64,000 nucleotides of DNA from Candidatus Nanoarchaeia archaeon (GCA_028279685.1 JANQNG010000002.1:11922-75921); one strand, 5' to 3'; shown: positions 1 to 11,125, numbered from the stretch's first letter. Notes: generated by a model not told the origin, from the letters alone. Program-made: numbers and translations.

Positions 1-1057
1 CACTATGGGTGTTTACTGGACTATGAAATATCCTAATGAAAAAGACAAAGATCTCCTAGAGGAATGGGGATTTAAGCCAAAAGGACTTGATGTAAATATT
101 TACACACCACATGGCTATTATGACTCCTACAAAGAGAAAGGAATTCCTACTGATCACCCCTTTAGTGTGAAGCCATCTGAATTAGATGCAGAAGATTGGG
201 CAATAACGTTTGGTATTGATCGTCATGACACTGTTGGCGTGCTCATTGAACGTATTATTCATCGATTGAAAGAGCAGCTTGATGATTACGATATTGATGA
301 TATTATGCATGCGCTTATGGCAGACACTGAAGCTGATGAAGATACGCAACACGCAGCTAAAAATCTATTTGTGAATGCAAAAAATTGGGGTGTCTTCAAA
401 AAAGATGGCACTCCTCTAAGTGAACTAGCTAAAGGAGGACAAGTAACAGTATTAGATGTAAGCTGTTATGCAACTTTACCTGGTGGGTGGAATATCAAAA
501 ATCTTATTGTTGGATTAGTAAGTCAAAAACTATTCATTGAACGCATGGTTGAGCGTAAAGATGAAGAATTCAAAGACATCAATAAAAAAACAAAATTCTT
601 CAGCGAAGAAGAAAAGGGGAAAAAACAAGAATTTCCTCTTGTGTGGTTAGTTCTTGATGAAGCGCACGAGTTCCTGCCTGTGAAAGGAAAAACTATGGCA
701 ACAAATCCTCTAGTAACAATATTGCGAGAAGGTAGACAACCAGGCATCTCTTTGATATTAGCTACGCAGCAACCAGGAAAAATCCATACTGATGTAATGA
801 CGCAATCAGACACCATTATTGCACACCACATTACCGCAAAACTCGACACTGATGCCCTTGGAATGCTCATGCAATCATATATGCGCAGTGGATTGGATGT
901 TTTACTGAATGATCTTCCACGAGTGAAAGGTGCTGCTTTGATTCTTGATGACAACAACGAAAAAATATATCCTATCAGAATTCGCCCACGCTTTACCTGG
1001 CATGGAGGAGAATCACCAATAGCTTTACACAAAGAAAAGAAGATGTTTGATTTTTAG
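1..1057 (+). CDS. HerA/FtsK-like (DUF87-type) P-loop ATPase, C-terminal part; 5' end truncated by the window edge
   Basis: ORF 5..1057. Walker-B-like VLDEAHEF and LILATQ motifs are present, but no Walker A GxxGxGK[ST] occurs in the 350 aa, so the N-terminus must lie upstream of the window. Confidence 0.5.
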   Translation, partial: TMGVYWTMKYPNEKDKDLLEEWGFKPKGLDVNIYTPHGYYDSYKEKGIPTDHPFSVKPSELDAEDWAITFGIDRHDTVGVLIERIIHRLKEQLDDYDIDDIMHALMADTEADEDTQHAAKNLFVNAKNWGVFKKDGTPLSELAKGGQVTVLDVSCYATLPGGWNIKNLIVGLVSQKLFIERMVERKDEEFKDINKKTKFFSEEEKGKKQEFPLVWLVLDEAHEFLPVKGKTMATNPLVTILREGRQPGISLILATQQPGKIHTDVMTQSDTIIAHHITAKLDTDALGMLMQSYMRSGLDVLLNDLPRVKGAALILDDNNEKIYPIRIRPRFTWHGGESPIALHKEKKMFDF

Positions 1058-1060
1058 AAA

Positions 1061-2203
1061 ATGGAATTCATCCACTATTTTTCTGGAATGTCAAGGATGC
1101 TTAGAAGAAGGTTCAAGAAAGAGTATGATCAATTCGAAGGGAATGCTGAAGAGATCTGCAAACAAATCGTTGAGCAATGCTGGAACGGAAAGTTCTTCCA
1201 AACCAGTTTAGGACATTTCTCCGTGTTCTTCATGAGAGACTTCGGTATGTGCTGTGAAGCGTTACTTAATCTAGGCTATCGAATGAAAGTCATAAAAAGT
1301 TTAGACTATGCATTACAGTGTTTTTTCAAACATAACAAAATAGGAACCGATATTGCTCTTTCAGGAGTTCCTCTCTACAGCTTTGATTATCCTTCTGATT
1401 CATTGCCTTTTCTCTTAAGAAGTCTCCGTCTGGCAAAAGCAGATAGTTTACTAGAGAAATATAGAGAATTTCTACAGAAAAAAATCTTTGAGTATAAAGG
1501 TGTTTTGCTTGATGAAAAGAAAGGCATTGTGAAAGCAAACGCAAACCTTTCAACAAGCAAAGATCATTATCATAGACCAAGCTGTATGTATGCAAATAGT
1601 ATGCTTGGTATGGTCAATGTAGAAATCGAACGTATCAATAAAATATATCGATCACAGCTTCAAGGCAAAGATTTTTTTGAGAATCCATTTGCAGAATATA
1701 ATCTTAAGAAAATAATGAAGAAAACATTCTGGAATGGAATTTATTTCTATGATGATTTGTTCAAAGAGAAATATGTTGCAGGCGATGCCAACATCTTTCC
1801 TTTTTATTGCAATGTTTTCGATGCAAAACATGACAAAGCTATGTTGCTTTCCTGCATTCATGAGATCATAAAAACCAAGCTTGATATTCCCGTTCCTATC
1901 AAATACACAAATCACCAGGATAAGAAAAAAGAGATTTGGCCACAAACATGGGTTTCTCCAAATTATGAAGGAGACACGAATTGGGCTCATGTAGGGCTAT
2001 GTTATATGTATGTTATCTCAGAAGTTGATAAGAAGCTGCTAAAAAAATATGTGAATACATATGAAAAACAAATTCTTAAGTACAAGAATTTCTTAGAGTT
2101 ATATAATCCAGATGGAACACCCTACAAAGCAGGATTATACAATTGTGACGAAGGTATGCTCTGGGCTGCCATGTGGCTGGATTTGAAGAGGAAAGTATCA
2201 TGA
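1061..2203 (+). CDS. hypothetical protein, possibly an (alpha/alpha)6-barrel glycosidase-like fold
   Basis: A 380 aa ORF with no antisense competitor. Its stop overlaps the next start (ATGA), suggesting translational coupling. No motif could be assigned confidently. Confidence 0.45.
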   Translation: MEFIHYFSGMSRMLRRRFKKEYDQFEGNAEEICKQIVEQCWNGKFFQTSLGHFSVFFMRDFGMCCEALLNLGYRMKVIKSLDYALQCFFKHNKIGTDIALSGVPLYSFDYPSDSLPFLLRSLRLAKADSLLEKYREFLQKKIFEYKGVLLDEKKGIVKANANLSTSKDHYHRPSCMYANSMLGMVNVEIERINKIYRSQLQGKDFFENPFAEYNLKKIMKKTFWNGIYFYDDLFKEKYVAGDANIFPFYCNVFDAKHDKAMLLSCIHEIIKTKLDIPVPIKYTNHQDKKKEIWPQTWVSPNYEGDTNWAHVGLCYMYVISEVDKKLLKKYVNTYEKQILKYKNFLELYNPDGTPYKAGLYNCDEGMLWAAMWLDLKRKVS

Positions 2204-3087
2204 TAAACAGACATTATTTTTTTGTCAGTCTTGCAGGAATTTTATCAGGACTAGTTATTTTTGGAGGCAAAATATTCGCTGATTTCGGATTATCTTTGAT
2301 AGAATTAGCAACATTACCTTATTTCCTTGCAATTTTTGTCTTAGGACCTTTTGTTATGCTAAACAAAAAATTACGATGGACAAAAAAAATGATGCCAATA
2401 CTAATGCTCTACGGACTTGTCAGCATATTTATTGTGCTCACCCAATTTGGAGCAGTATTATTGAATGTGCCCGTAGCCACCATTGTATTGCTGCTCTACA
2501 CTCAACCATTGTGGACTATTCTGATAACAAGAATATTTTTCAAAGAAAAAATTACGAAATACAGCATTATAGCTTGCATCATTGTACTTTTAGGAGTATT
2601 ATTTCTTGTAAATCCTCTTGATATGATTCATACAAATTGGATAGGCATTCTTGTCGCCTTAGCTGGGGGAATCTCTCTATCTGGATGGGTTATTGTTGGA
2701 AGTTGTGCAAGCAAACAAAAGATCCCCCCTATTACTTCAAAATTCTCTGAAACGTTATTCATGATATTAGGACTCGCAATACTCTTTCCGGTATTATCTA
2801 TATTTATCAAGAATCCTGTAGTCACATCATTCTCATTATCATGGCCTTTGAAAGTATGGATTTATTTGATCTTATTCAATCTTATTGCACAAATACTCAA
2901 TCATCTTTCTTATCTCGAAGGTGTGAAAAAGGTTCCAACTTCAAATGCAGGAATTATTCTTCTATTGGAACCTGTTAGTGCAGCAGTATTGGCAGCATTA
3001 TTCTTGCACCAGCCAATAACACTAAATGTAGTTATTGGAGGTATCCTGATTCTGATTGCTAATTATTTAGTGATAAAGAAAGGGTGA
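2200..3087 (+). CDS. EamA/DMT-family membrane transporter
   Basis: About 10 predicted TM helices in two repeated halves, a hydrophobic profile typical of EamA. The ATG at 2200 overlaps the upstream TGA; the ORF track starts at GTG 2173. Confidence 0.55.
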   Translation: MINRHYFFVSLAGILSGLVIFGGKIFADFGLSLIELATLPYFLAIFVLGPFVMLNKKLRWTKKMMPILMLYGLVSIFIVLTQFGAVLLNVPVATIVLLLYTQPLWTILITRIFFKEKITKYSIIACIIVLLGVLFLVNPLDMIHTNWIGILVALAGGISLSGWVIVGSCASKQKIPPITSKFSETLFMILGLAILFPVLSIFIKNPVVTSFSLSWPLKVWIYLILFNLIAQILNHLSYLEGVKKVPTSNAGIILLLEPVSAAVLAALFLHQPITLNVVIGGILILIANYLVIKKG

Positions 3088-3122
3088 TGACTTTTTGAAG
3101 AGGAAATGTAAATTACTATGTA

Positions 3123-3578
3123 CTAAACGACTCTTTTCCAAGATCCATCTGGATAAGGGGCTTTTGTTGCTAAATCGGCATCATCAAAAATATAGTCGCT
3201 ATGTTGTGCATAATCAATTAGTTTTTCTTCAAGTTCAATAATGTTCTCTTCATCAAGATTTCCCACTTCAGGAACAACACTGGCAAATAATTCAAGTCTT
3301 TTAGCATCTTCTAATTTCAAATAATTATCAAAAAATTCAATAACACCTCCAAGCATACCACAATCAAAACACCTATATAAATTCAAGTCTTTCGCAAAAT
3401 ACAATGTTCCAACATCATATTCATTTTCCGTTCCAGGACAATACGTTACTAAATATGTCTTGTTCTTAGCAATTTCCTCTATAAAATAACTATTTGGGAA
3501 ATACTTCAAAAACAGATCCTCAATCTTTATTTTTTCCATTAATTCATCTGCTAATCTGACAATATCTTGTTTATCCAT
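3123..3578 (-). CDS. small stand-alone CHC2-type zinc-finger protein (DnaG-primase-like zinc-binding domain)
   Basis: The motif YCPGTENEY...YRCFDCGMLGGVIEF resembles the primase zinc finger CPFHxE...CFGCG. The protein is 151 aa and acidic. Confidence 0.4.
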   Translation of the reverse strand: MDKQDIVRLADELMEKIKIEDLFLKYFPNSYFIEEIAKNKTYLVTYCPGTENEYDVGTLYFAKDLNLYRCFDCGMLGGVIEFFDNYLKLEDAKRLELFASVVPEVGNLDEENIIELEEKLIDYAQHSDYIFDDADLATKAPYPDGSWKRVV

Positions 3579-3653
3579 AAAGCCAGAGATTAACCAGCAG
3601 TATATATTTCTTACGTAGTAACAACCAATCTTTATAAATAAAAATGATCCTTT

Positions 3654-6362
3654 TTGACTATGTTCTCATTTTATCAAAAAGAGGTGGGTGAGTGTTTTCA
3701 TCAGCTGCATAGCTCTGCAGAAGGACTCTCTGAACCAGAAGCAAAAAAGCGCCTCAATAAATATGGCTACAATAAACTCACAGAGAAAAAGAAAGAGACA
3801 CTATTGCACAAGCTCTTCAGTCAATTTACTGATGTACTTGTTATTGTCTTAATCGCTGCTGGATTGATCTCATTTCTCATGGGCGATAAAAGCGACGCCC
3901 TAGTTATCTTCATTATTGTATTAATCAATGCAAGCATTGGATTCTGGCAGGAATTCAAAGCGGAACGCTCACTCGAAGCGTTGAAAAAAATGGTCAAATC
4001 TGAAGTAGAAGTAATCAGGAAAGGAAAGATACAGAAGATTGATGCTAAATTCCTCGTTCCTGGAGACATCATAGCACTTCAAGAAGGTGATTCCATTCCT
4101 GCCGATGCAAGAATTATAGAAGCTGTAGAATTGAAAACAAATGAATCTGCTTTAACAGGGGAGAGTATCGCAAAACCAAAAATAATAGAGAGCATAGCCA
4201 AAAAAATATCAAACAAAAGCGATATGCATAATATGCTCTTCATGGGGACTGTGGTTACACATGGTCATGGCAAAGCTGTTGTTGACAACACAGGAATGAA
4301 TACTGAATTCGGAAAAATTGCTAAACTTACCACTGAAGTGAAAGAAGAAAAAAGCCCTCTCCAAAAAGAACTTAATCACACAGGAAAATTCATCGCTCGC
4401 ACCGTCTTGATTATCTGTATTCTTGTTTTCGTAACAGGAGTTGTATTAGGTCAATCTTGGTTCGATATGCTCTTTTTTGCTATCGCATTGGCAGTCGCAG
4501 GGGTTCCTGAAGGATTGCCTGCAACAGTAACTATAGCATTAGCGCTAGGTGTTTCACGCATGGTAAAAAATAACGCTATTATACGAAAACTTTCATCAGT
4601 GGAAACGTTAGGATCAACAACAGTCATTTGTTCTGATAAAACAGGAACGTTGACAAAAAATGAAATGACAGTGAAGAAAATATTAGTCAATAATAATGTT
4701 GTCGAGGTTACAGGAGAAGGATATGACATAGGAGGAGGCTTTCTTAAGAACGGCAAGGATTACAAGGATTCAACACTTGAATTATTATTGAAAATAGGAT
4801 ATTATTGTAATGACGCTTCATTTTCAGAGAAACATGAGCTTCTTGGAGATCCTACAGAAGGGTCATTAGTAATCTCTGCGCAGAAATATGGATTGAAAAA
4901 CACCACCCCTCGAATTGATGAGATTCCTTTTGATTCTGAGAGAAAGATGATGAGTACTATACATGAAATAGACAAGAAAAGAATGGTATTTGTCAAAGGC
5001 GCTTCAGGAAAAATTATTGATGCTTGCACCCATATTGTTATTGACGGCAAGAAAACAGCAATGACTGATGCAAAACGAAAAGCGCTTAGAAACACAGTTG
5101 AGCAATTTGCATCAGAAGCATTACGCGTGATGGGTTTCGCTTACAAAGAAATACATACACATGAGAAAAAAGATCATTACGAGAAAGATCTTATCTTTGT
5201 CGGTTTGCAGGGAATGATTGATCCTCCCCGACCAGAAGTTGCAGAAGCAGTTAAGATGTGTAAGGAAGCACATATGAGAATATTTATTGTCACAGGAGAC
5301 TACGGCAATACAGCAAAAGCTATTGCTAAACAAGTAGGTATTGCTGATAAAGATACTCAAGTCATCAAAGGATCTGCACTTGAGCATATGTCTGATACGC
5401 AGCTTAAGAAAATATTGAAAGCTCCTACTGCGATCTTTGCAAGAGTAGCCCCTGAGCATAAGATGAAGATCGTTTCAACACTTCAAGAAATGGGAGAAAT
5501 AGTTTCTGTGACTGGTGATGGCGTTAATGACGCTCCCGCATTGAAAAAAGCTAATATCGGAGTTGCTATGGGTATTGCAGGCACCGAAGTATCAAAACAA
5601 GCCGCCGACATGGTATTAATGGATGACTCATTTGCAACTATTGTAAAAGCAGTACGGGAAGGCCGTACTATCTATGATAACATTAAAAAATTCGTAATGT
5701 ATGTTTTCTCAGGCATAGGGGCAGAAATATTCTTGGTCATTGTTGCTATGCTCTTAGCATTGGTTGTTCCTGGTATGGAATTTATTGCCCCTATTACTGC
5801 TATCCAGATTCTCTTTGTGGACTTAGGTACTGAGGTATTGCCTGCATTAGCATTAGGAGTTGATAAAGCAGAAAGAGACATTATGAAGCGTAAACCTCGA
5901 AAACACAATGAAAGAATTATTGATAAGCATTCAATGGCAAGAATTATTCTTAATGCTACTTTTATTATGCTTATCTGCATGGCTGTGTTCTTACATATAA
6001 AACCAGAATCTATAGTGAAAGCACAAACAATGGTATTTGCGATTGTAATAATGTCGCAAATGTTCAATGCGTATAATTTCAGAGCTAAAGATAAATCTAT
6101 CTTCACGGTGAATATATTCAGCAACATTAAACTGATATTCGCTACACTAACATCAACGATTTTATTACTACTGCTCTTACACATTCCATTATTAATGGAA
6201 GCTTTTCATTTAGCCGCATTAACGCTTTCAGAAATGGGATTGATTCTTCTACTTGGATTTCTGATCATTCCATATAATGAAATAGTAAAGCTCTTTCTTA
6301 AAGAACGACGCCACACTACAATTCCACACCCAAAACTCCCTTCACAAGCAATCCCACAATAA
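3654..6362 (+). CDS. P-type cation-transporting ATPase (P2-type, Ca2+/cation pump-like)
   Basis: Phosphorylation motif CSDKTGTLT, hinge motif [22 protein letters not shown], and TM segments flanking a large cytoplasmic loop; 902 aa. Confidence 0.9.
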   Translation: MTMFSFYQKEVGECFHQLHSSAEGLSEPEAKKRLNKYGYNKLTEKKKETLLHKLFSQFTDVLVIVLIAAGLISFLMGDKSDALVIFIIVLINASIGFWQEFKAERSLEALKKMVKSEVEVIRKGKIQKIDAKFLVPGDIIALQEGDSIPADARIIEAVELKTNESALTGESIAKPKIIESIAKKISNKSDMHNMLFMGTVVTHGHGKAVVDNTGMNTEFGKIAKLTTEVKEEKSPLQKELNHTGKFIARTVLIICILVFVTGVVLGQSWFDMLFFAIALAVAGVPEGLPATVTIALALGVSRMVKNNAIIRKLSSVETLGSTTVICSDKTGTLTKNEMTVKKILVNNNVVEVTGEGYDIGGGFLKNGKDYKDSTLELLLKIGYYCNDASFSEKHELLGDPTEGSLVISAQKYGLKNTTPRIDEIPFDSERKMMSTIHEIDKKRMVFVKGASGKIIDACTHIVIDGKKTAMTDAKRKALRNTVEQFASEALRVMGFAYKEIHTHEKKDHYEKDLIFVGLQGMIDPPRPEVAEAVKMCKEAHMRIFIVTGDYGNTAKAIAKQVGIADKDTQVIKGSALEHMSDTQLKKILKAPTAIFARVAPEHKMKIVSTLQEMGEIVSVTGDGVNDAPALKKANIGVAMGIAGTEVSKQAADMVLMDDSFATIVKAVREGRTIYDNIKKFVMYVFSGIGAEIFLVIVAMLLALVVPGMEFIAPITAIQILFVDLGTEVLPALALGVDKAERDIMKRKPRKHNERIIDKHSMARIILNATFIMLICMAVFLHIKPESIVKAQTMVFAIVIMSQMFNAYNFRAKDKSIFTVNIFSNIKLIFATLTSTILLLLLLHIPLLMEAFHLAALTLSEMGLILLLGFLIIPYNEIVKLFLKERRHTTIPHPKLPSQAIPQ

Positions 6363-7185
6363 AACTTACAATAGCCACGCCTAATGAAATGGTAGCCATT
6401 TGAACAAATCGTGTCCAAAACTTGAGGCTCTTTGCTGTCGCAATATAGAAATTAAAGCATGCAATGACTGTGATAACAATAAGTAACATTATTCCTAAAG
6501 CTATGAATATATTACTGATAAGGAAATAAGGCAACACAAGAAGAACAACCGTAAGCAAATAAGCAAACCCTGTATATAATGAAGATTTCAAAGGTTTTTT
6601 CTTCTTATTTTGAGATTGTTCTTCTTTAGCACTCAAAAATTCTGAACCTGCCATACTCAATGACGCAGCAATACCCATGATTACTCCAGAAAGCGCAATC
6701 AACCTGCTGTTTTGAAATGCAAAAGTAAATCCTGCCAATGCTCCAGAAAGTTCAACTAATGCATCATTCATCCCCAACACAACGGAACCCGCATATTCTA
6801 ATCGCTCTTCTTCAATAAGATTAAGCATCACTTTTTCATGCTTTTGCTCATCTTTGATCAGCTTATGCACTCCTTTAATATGATACTTGTGTTGATAAAC
6901 TCTTTGCGCAACTTGCTCTCCCCGTTCCATTAGTTTTAGCGTAAATGACAATCCTAGTAATCTCGCTAAAAGCACATACCACCAGACCTTGAACGCATTT
7001 GGTTTGACCTCTTTTTTCGTCTGTGATTTCCAATACTCATAATGTCTCTTTTCATCACGAGAAATATCCCTCAATATCTTGCTATTTTTCTTATCTTTGA
7101 TAATCTTAGCAAGATCTGCATAGATATGATGTTCAGTAATCTCATTCTTCTGCGCATGCAGCATAAGTTTAGTGAGATTTGCCAT
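6316..7185 (-). CDS. VIT1/CCC1-family Fe/Mn transporter with an N-terminal ferritin/rubrerythrin-like domain
   Basis: The motif LEYAGSVVLGMNDALVELSGALAGFT matches the CCC1 signature. A C-terminal TM bundle is present. The N-terminal E/H-rich helical domain is ferritin-like. Confidence 0.7.
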   Translation of the reverse strand: MANLTKLMLHAQKNEITEHHIYADLAKIIKDKKNSKILRDISRDEKRHYEYWKSQTKKEVKPNAFKVWWYVLLARLLGLSFTLKLMERGEQVAQRVYQHKYHIKGVHKLIKDEQKHEKVMLNLIEEERLEYAGSVVLGMNDALVELSGALAGFTFAFQNSRLIALSGVIMGIAASLSMAGSEFLSAKEEQSQNKKKKPLKSSLYTGFAYLLTVVLLVLPYFLISNIFIALGIMLLIVITVIACFNFYIATAKSLKFWTRFVQMATISLGVAIVSFIVGLLVKGVLGVEL

Positions 7186-7265
7186 AGAGAACTATTGAAT
7201 ATCCTATTTAAATTGATTGCGATATTTTCCAGAAGCAAAATATGGATAAATACAACAGAAATCAC

Positions 7266-8366
7266 TTATTTTTCGTAGAGAGGATCATACTCGACCACAA
7301 ATCCATCATAGGTAGGATATTTAGTCATAACACCAACTTCTATAATCTCAGGAATCTTTCGCTTGATCACTTTCTCCACAAAATCAATATGCAGATGAAT
7401 CTTCCTTCCTTCCACGGCAATCATTTCTTTAGGGATTTTGCTCTTGAGCATTATTCTCTTTGCGCATACTTCCCGATCAGCAGATGATGTCAATTTTATA
7501 ACTCCGAACACCAACATTCCTTCATCATCAATCTCTTGATATGGTTTCTTGATATTCTTTGCGCGTAATTTTATCCTGTTTGCCATCTGCATGGCATCCT
7601 TAAGCTTACATGTACAGTAATGTGCTCGCATATTCAATTCTTTGCATCGTTCAAGAATTCTCATCGCTAATATCTCGCTTCCTTCAACAGCATACGACAT
7701 ATCGTCCTTACACACAATCTCCCGTTGCTCTTTAGTTTTCTGCCATACTTTATTATCTGCAACCTCTAATTCATTCAGATTCAAAAAATCAATTTTTCCA
7801 TTCACAAAATCAAGAAATTTATCATAATGTTCTTCAAGCCATGGAATAACTGGAATCTCTACTCCAACATCCCAAGAAAACTTCTTTGCTAATTTTATTT
7901 TCTCCCAATGTTTTTTATCATCAACATCAACATGAAATCTAATTTCATCCAATCCAGAATCAAATAATTTCTTCAACTTAGTTTCATCAACCAAATCAAG
8001 AGGAGTATAGAGATGTATATGAAACTCTTTGCCAAATTCTTTTTTCAATCTTATAATAGCACCACATACTCGATCTAACTTAACTAAAGGATCTCCCCCA
8101 GTAATACCTGCTCCTTTTGCCTCGCAAAGTTTTGTTTCCTCGATAATTTTGCTAAAATCATTTTCAAAATCAGTAATAGGAACTTCATTTGCATAAATCA
8201 CATCTTTGTATATTTTCTGATCAGAAACCGGACAGAAAGGACATCGTTTACCACATAATCCTGTAATAAAAAGTACTAACTTCCTACCTTGGACGCAAAG
8301 ATCACAGCCTTTTGCTAATCGATGAATACGCCAGGAATAATAAGGGGTTTTCTTGATATCTGCCAT
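7266..8366 (-). CDS. radical SAM protein
   Basis: The CGKRCPFCP (CxxxCxxC) 4Fe-4S cluster motif lies near the N-terminus and a glycine-rich SAM-binding segment GAGITGGDP follows. Confidence 0.75.
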   Translation of the reverse strand: MADIKKTPYYSWRIHRLAKGCDLCVQGRKLVLFITGLCGKRCPFCPVSDQKIYKDVIYANEVPITDFENDFSKIIEETKLCEAKGAGITGGDPLVKLDRVCGAIIRLKKEFGKEFHIHLYTPLDLVDETKLKKLFDSGLDEIRFHVDVDDKKHWEKIKLAKKFSWDVGVEIPVIPWLEEHYDKFLDFVNGKIDFLNLNELEVADNKVWQKTKEQREIVCKDDMSYAVEGSEILAMRILERCKELNMRAHYCTCKLKDAMQMANRIKLRAKNIKKPYQEIDDEGMLVFGVIKLTSSADREVCAKRIMLKSKIPKEMIAVEGRKIHLHIDFVEKVIKRKIPEIIEVGVMTKYPTYDGFVVEYDPLYEK

Positions 8367-8390
8367 AATAGAAAAAACATCTCATTATTT

Positions 8391-9041
8391 TTATTTCTTT
8401 TCTGTTGTTGCTTCCCAGAGATCGAACACAAAAAACCCTTTTTGCGTCTTCTTGCCAAGCAACTGCTTATATGCTTGAGAAACTGCCAACGCAGCAGTAG
8501 CATACGAGACGGTATTAATGAATCCTTCCTCTTTCTGTTTAATAAATCTCTCAAGATCATCAAATGTTGATGAAGGCGTAAAGACTTGAACTGCTCCTTT
8601 GCTCCCTCTATGATAAACACAAATATAGCCCATTTTTTTCTTTTTGCAGTACTCCCAAATAAATGCATTTAATTTTGGATCAGAACTTGCATCAATGACA
8701 AGGCTTGCATCAACCATAAAAAGTGTGTCCTCAGAAATTTCTTCATTAAATCCCTTGATATTGGCATCCTTATTGAGATTCTTCAATATTTTTTTCGCTT
8801 GATTCGCCTTAAATTTCCCTATATCAGCCTCTGTATAGAGCCCTTGGCGATCAATATCATCTAATTTGACTCTGTCTCTATCGATAATTCTTATTGGAAT
8901 TTTAGCTCTTGTCAGAATTTCTGCGCAAATACTGCCTATTCCTCCTAAACCAACTACTGTAACAGTCATGCCCTGAAGCTTTTTAATTCCTTTGGAACCG
9001 ATTTCTTTGAAATCCGCAAAATGTTTATATCCTTGTGTCAT
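8391..9041 (-). CDS. ThiF/MoeB/E1-like adenylyltransferase
   Basis: Rossmann motif VVGLGGIGS and DRDRVKLDDIDRQ (the ThiF D-x-D-x-V-x-x-S/D-N-L-N/D-R-Q box). It is short (216 aa) and no CxxC pairs were seen. Confidence 0.7.
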   Translation of the reverse strand: MTQGYKHFADFKEIGSKGIKKLQGMTVTVVGLGGIGSICAEILTRAKIPIRIIDRDRVKLDDIDRQGLYTEADIGKFKANQAKKILKNLNKDANIKGFNEEISEDTLFMVDASLVIDASSDPKLNAFIWEYCKKKKMGYICVYHRGSKGAVQVFTPSSTFDDLERFIKQKEEGFINTVSYATAALAVSQAYKQLLGKKTQKGFFVFDLWEATTEKK

Positions 9042-9156
9042 ATTTAAAAGGAGTCAATAATCCATATATAAATCTTGCTCTTCTAAACTCTCATGAAACA
9101 TTAAGATTCACAGGACAATCACCTCAATAACATTTATAATGCAATAATAATGCCAA

Positions 9157-10362
9157 TTGACAATGCCAAGATGTCCTAAATGTGGTCTCACTGACCCTGG
9201 AAAATGCAAAGATCCAAAATGTCCCATCAAAGCGAAGCTCTTCTCTCAAAAGAAGATTAATATCAAAGCAAAGGAGCACTTTGCAGGAAAAACTCCTAAT
9301 ATCTTTGTTGGACGATATGGATATCCTAATATCAATGTAGGCTTCCTTTCTACTGAAGAATATGATAAACACGATGAACCATTAACATGGAGTAAAGAGC
9401 ATTGGGACATTCCTCGAATTGTCGATAAACGCATCACTCTCATAAACTCCAGATTTAAAAATTTAAAGAATAATTTCAACAACAAATTTATGGAACTTGT
9501 TCAAGAAACAAGTCTTTCTCATAATCCTGTTGAAACAGAAATCACATTGACAAAAAAACCAACATTACAATTATCATTAAACATCGAAGCATCTCCTCAC
9601 GGACCTAATGTAGGCATTAAAAAAGCTTTTATTACTGAAAATGTAAAAATCCCTCGTGCAGTGGATAAAATTGTTGATGATACTGACTTCAAGGCAGCAC
9701 CTGCCATGACTTCACTATATGGTAAAGGATTTGATGAACATTATTTAACAAAAATCCTCAGCGCAGGAAATCTTGGTGTAAAAAAACAAAGAATATTAGT
9801 CCCTACTCGTTGGAGCATTACAGCAACAGATGACACTTTAGGAAAATCTATCGCAAAGGACATTTTTAATTACAAAGAAACTCCCTATCTCTCATTTCTT
9901 GATGGTTACTTAGGAAATAATTATTTGGTGCTATTTTTCCCAGGATTATGGAGATATGAATTAGTTGAGATGAGTGTAAGTAATGGAAAAATCACAGGAG
10001 TGTGGACAGATTATGAGAATTTCAAAGGAAGAAAAGACTATGCAAGCAATACTGTTGGAGGTTATTATGCTGCAAAACTTGCTGTGCTTGATTATATGAA
10101 AGAAAAGAAAAGAAGAGCTTCTGTTCTTGTTTTGCGCTTCATCAGCGACGAATATTACGCTCCATTAGGAGTCTGGGTTTGCCGAGAAGCATGCAGAAAA
10201 TCAATGAAATCAAAACCTATTGAATTCGACAATAAGGAACTGTTATTAGCATATGCAAAGAAAATAGCAAAAAAAAGATTCGGTATCGACATTACCTCTG
10301 TTCTTCGAAAGAGCAAGCTTCTCAAAGAACTCAAACAACAGAAGAGATTGGTTGATTATTAA
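9157..10362 (+). CDS. Nre-family (archaeal DNA repair-associated) protein with an N-terminal zinc ribbon
   Basis: N-terminal CPKCG...CKDPKCP zinc ribbon and about 400 aa. Overall architecture resembles the COG1602/Nre family; this is recalled from memory, not searched. Confidence 0.4.
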   Translation: MTMPRCPKCGLTDPGKCKDPKCPIKAKLFSQKKINIKAKEHFAGKTPNIFVGRYGYPNINVGFLSTEEYDKHDEPLTWSKEHWDIPRIVDKRITLINSRFKNLKNNFNNKFMELVQETSLSHNPVETEITLTKKPTLQLSLNIEASPHGPNVGIKKAFITENVKIPRAVDKIVDDTDFKAAPAMTSLYGKGFDEHYLTKILSAGNLGVKKQRILVPTRWSITATDDTLGKSIAKDIFNYKETPYLSFLDGYLGNNYLVLFFPGLWRYELVEMSVSNGKITGVWTDYENFKGRKDYASNTVGGYYAAKLAVLDYMKEKKRRASVLVLRFISDEYYAPLGVWVCREACRKSMKSKPIEFDNKELLLAYAKKIAKKRFGIDITSVLRKSKLLKELKQQKRLVDY

Positions 10363-10401
10363 CAACACAATCTTTTTAAATTCAGAAAAGGTTTATCCAC
10401 C

Positions 10402-11121
10402 ATGTCAATTAATTATAAGCAAGGGGTATTGAATTTTCTTATGAATAGATTCGGAAAACTTATAGGAGAAACTATTCTTGATAACTATCTTGAAGACGCA
10501 GGACTGAAATCATTGAACGATCTCCAAGAGCATGAACAAGTGAAATTCATAGATAATATCCTCGAATCAATTCTGAACAAACACTATTCAAGAGAGGAGA
10601 TAGAAAATATCAAGATTCAACTCAGTATCCAGGTCTGCATTGATCAAGCAGCTGATGCCACCACACAAGTATTAGGAGAAAAAATATCAATAGACCCTAT
10701 AAAAGTATCCCATAGATCAGATAAAGAATTCCTTGCAACGGCAGAACATCTGCTGAACGACAATGAACCTATTTATGTCAAAATAGAAGGTGATAATGAA
10801 GGAAGAGCTGTCTTCTTTATCCCGAAAGATCAAGTTGAGAAAATCAACGATGCTGTGTTAGATAAACTGATGGAAGGCCAAAGAGATTTGAGCCATCACG
10901 CGATTAAACAATTGTTTATGATGTTCTGTACCCCCTTATCAGAAGCATTTAAAGAAGTCCTTGAAAAAAACATCACACTGACAGTGACTTTAGGAAACCC
11001 TGAGAAGATGTTTAAAGAATTGCAAGAACCAACTATTGTATCAAGCGATATCACACTACATATCAAAACTGAGTCCTACAAAGGAATCATCTACATATTG
11101 ATATCGAAGAAAAACATATAA
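10402..11121 (+). CDS. hypothetical protein
   Basis: A 239 aa ORF co-directional with its neighbours; no recognisable motif. Confidence 0.45.
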   Translation: MSINYKQGVLNFLMNRFGKLIGETILDNYLEDAGLKSLNDLQEHEQVKFIDNILESILNKHYSREEIENIKIQLSIQVCIDQAADATTQVLGEKISIDPIKVSHRSDKEFLATAEHLLNDNEPIYVKIEGDNEGRAVFFIPKDQVEKINDAVLDKLMEGQRDLSHHAIKQLFMMFCTPLSEAFKEVLEKNITLTVTLGNPEKMFKELQEPTIVSSDITLHIKTESYKGIIYILISKKNI

Positions 11122-11125
11122 AACA

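Noticed and set aside
523-1032. 169-aa minus-strand ORF inside the HerA-like gene
   Set aside because: It lies entirely antisense to a longer ORF with recognisable ATPase motifs. Its Ser/Arg-rich composition is typical of shadow ORFs.
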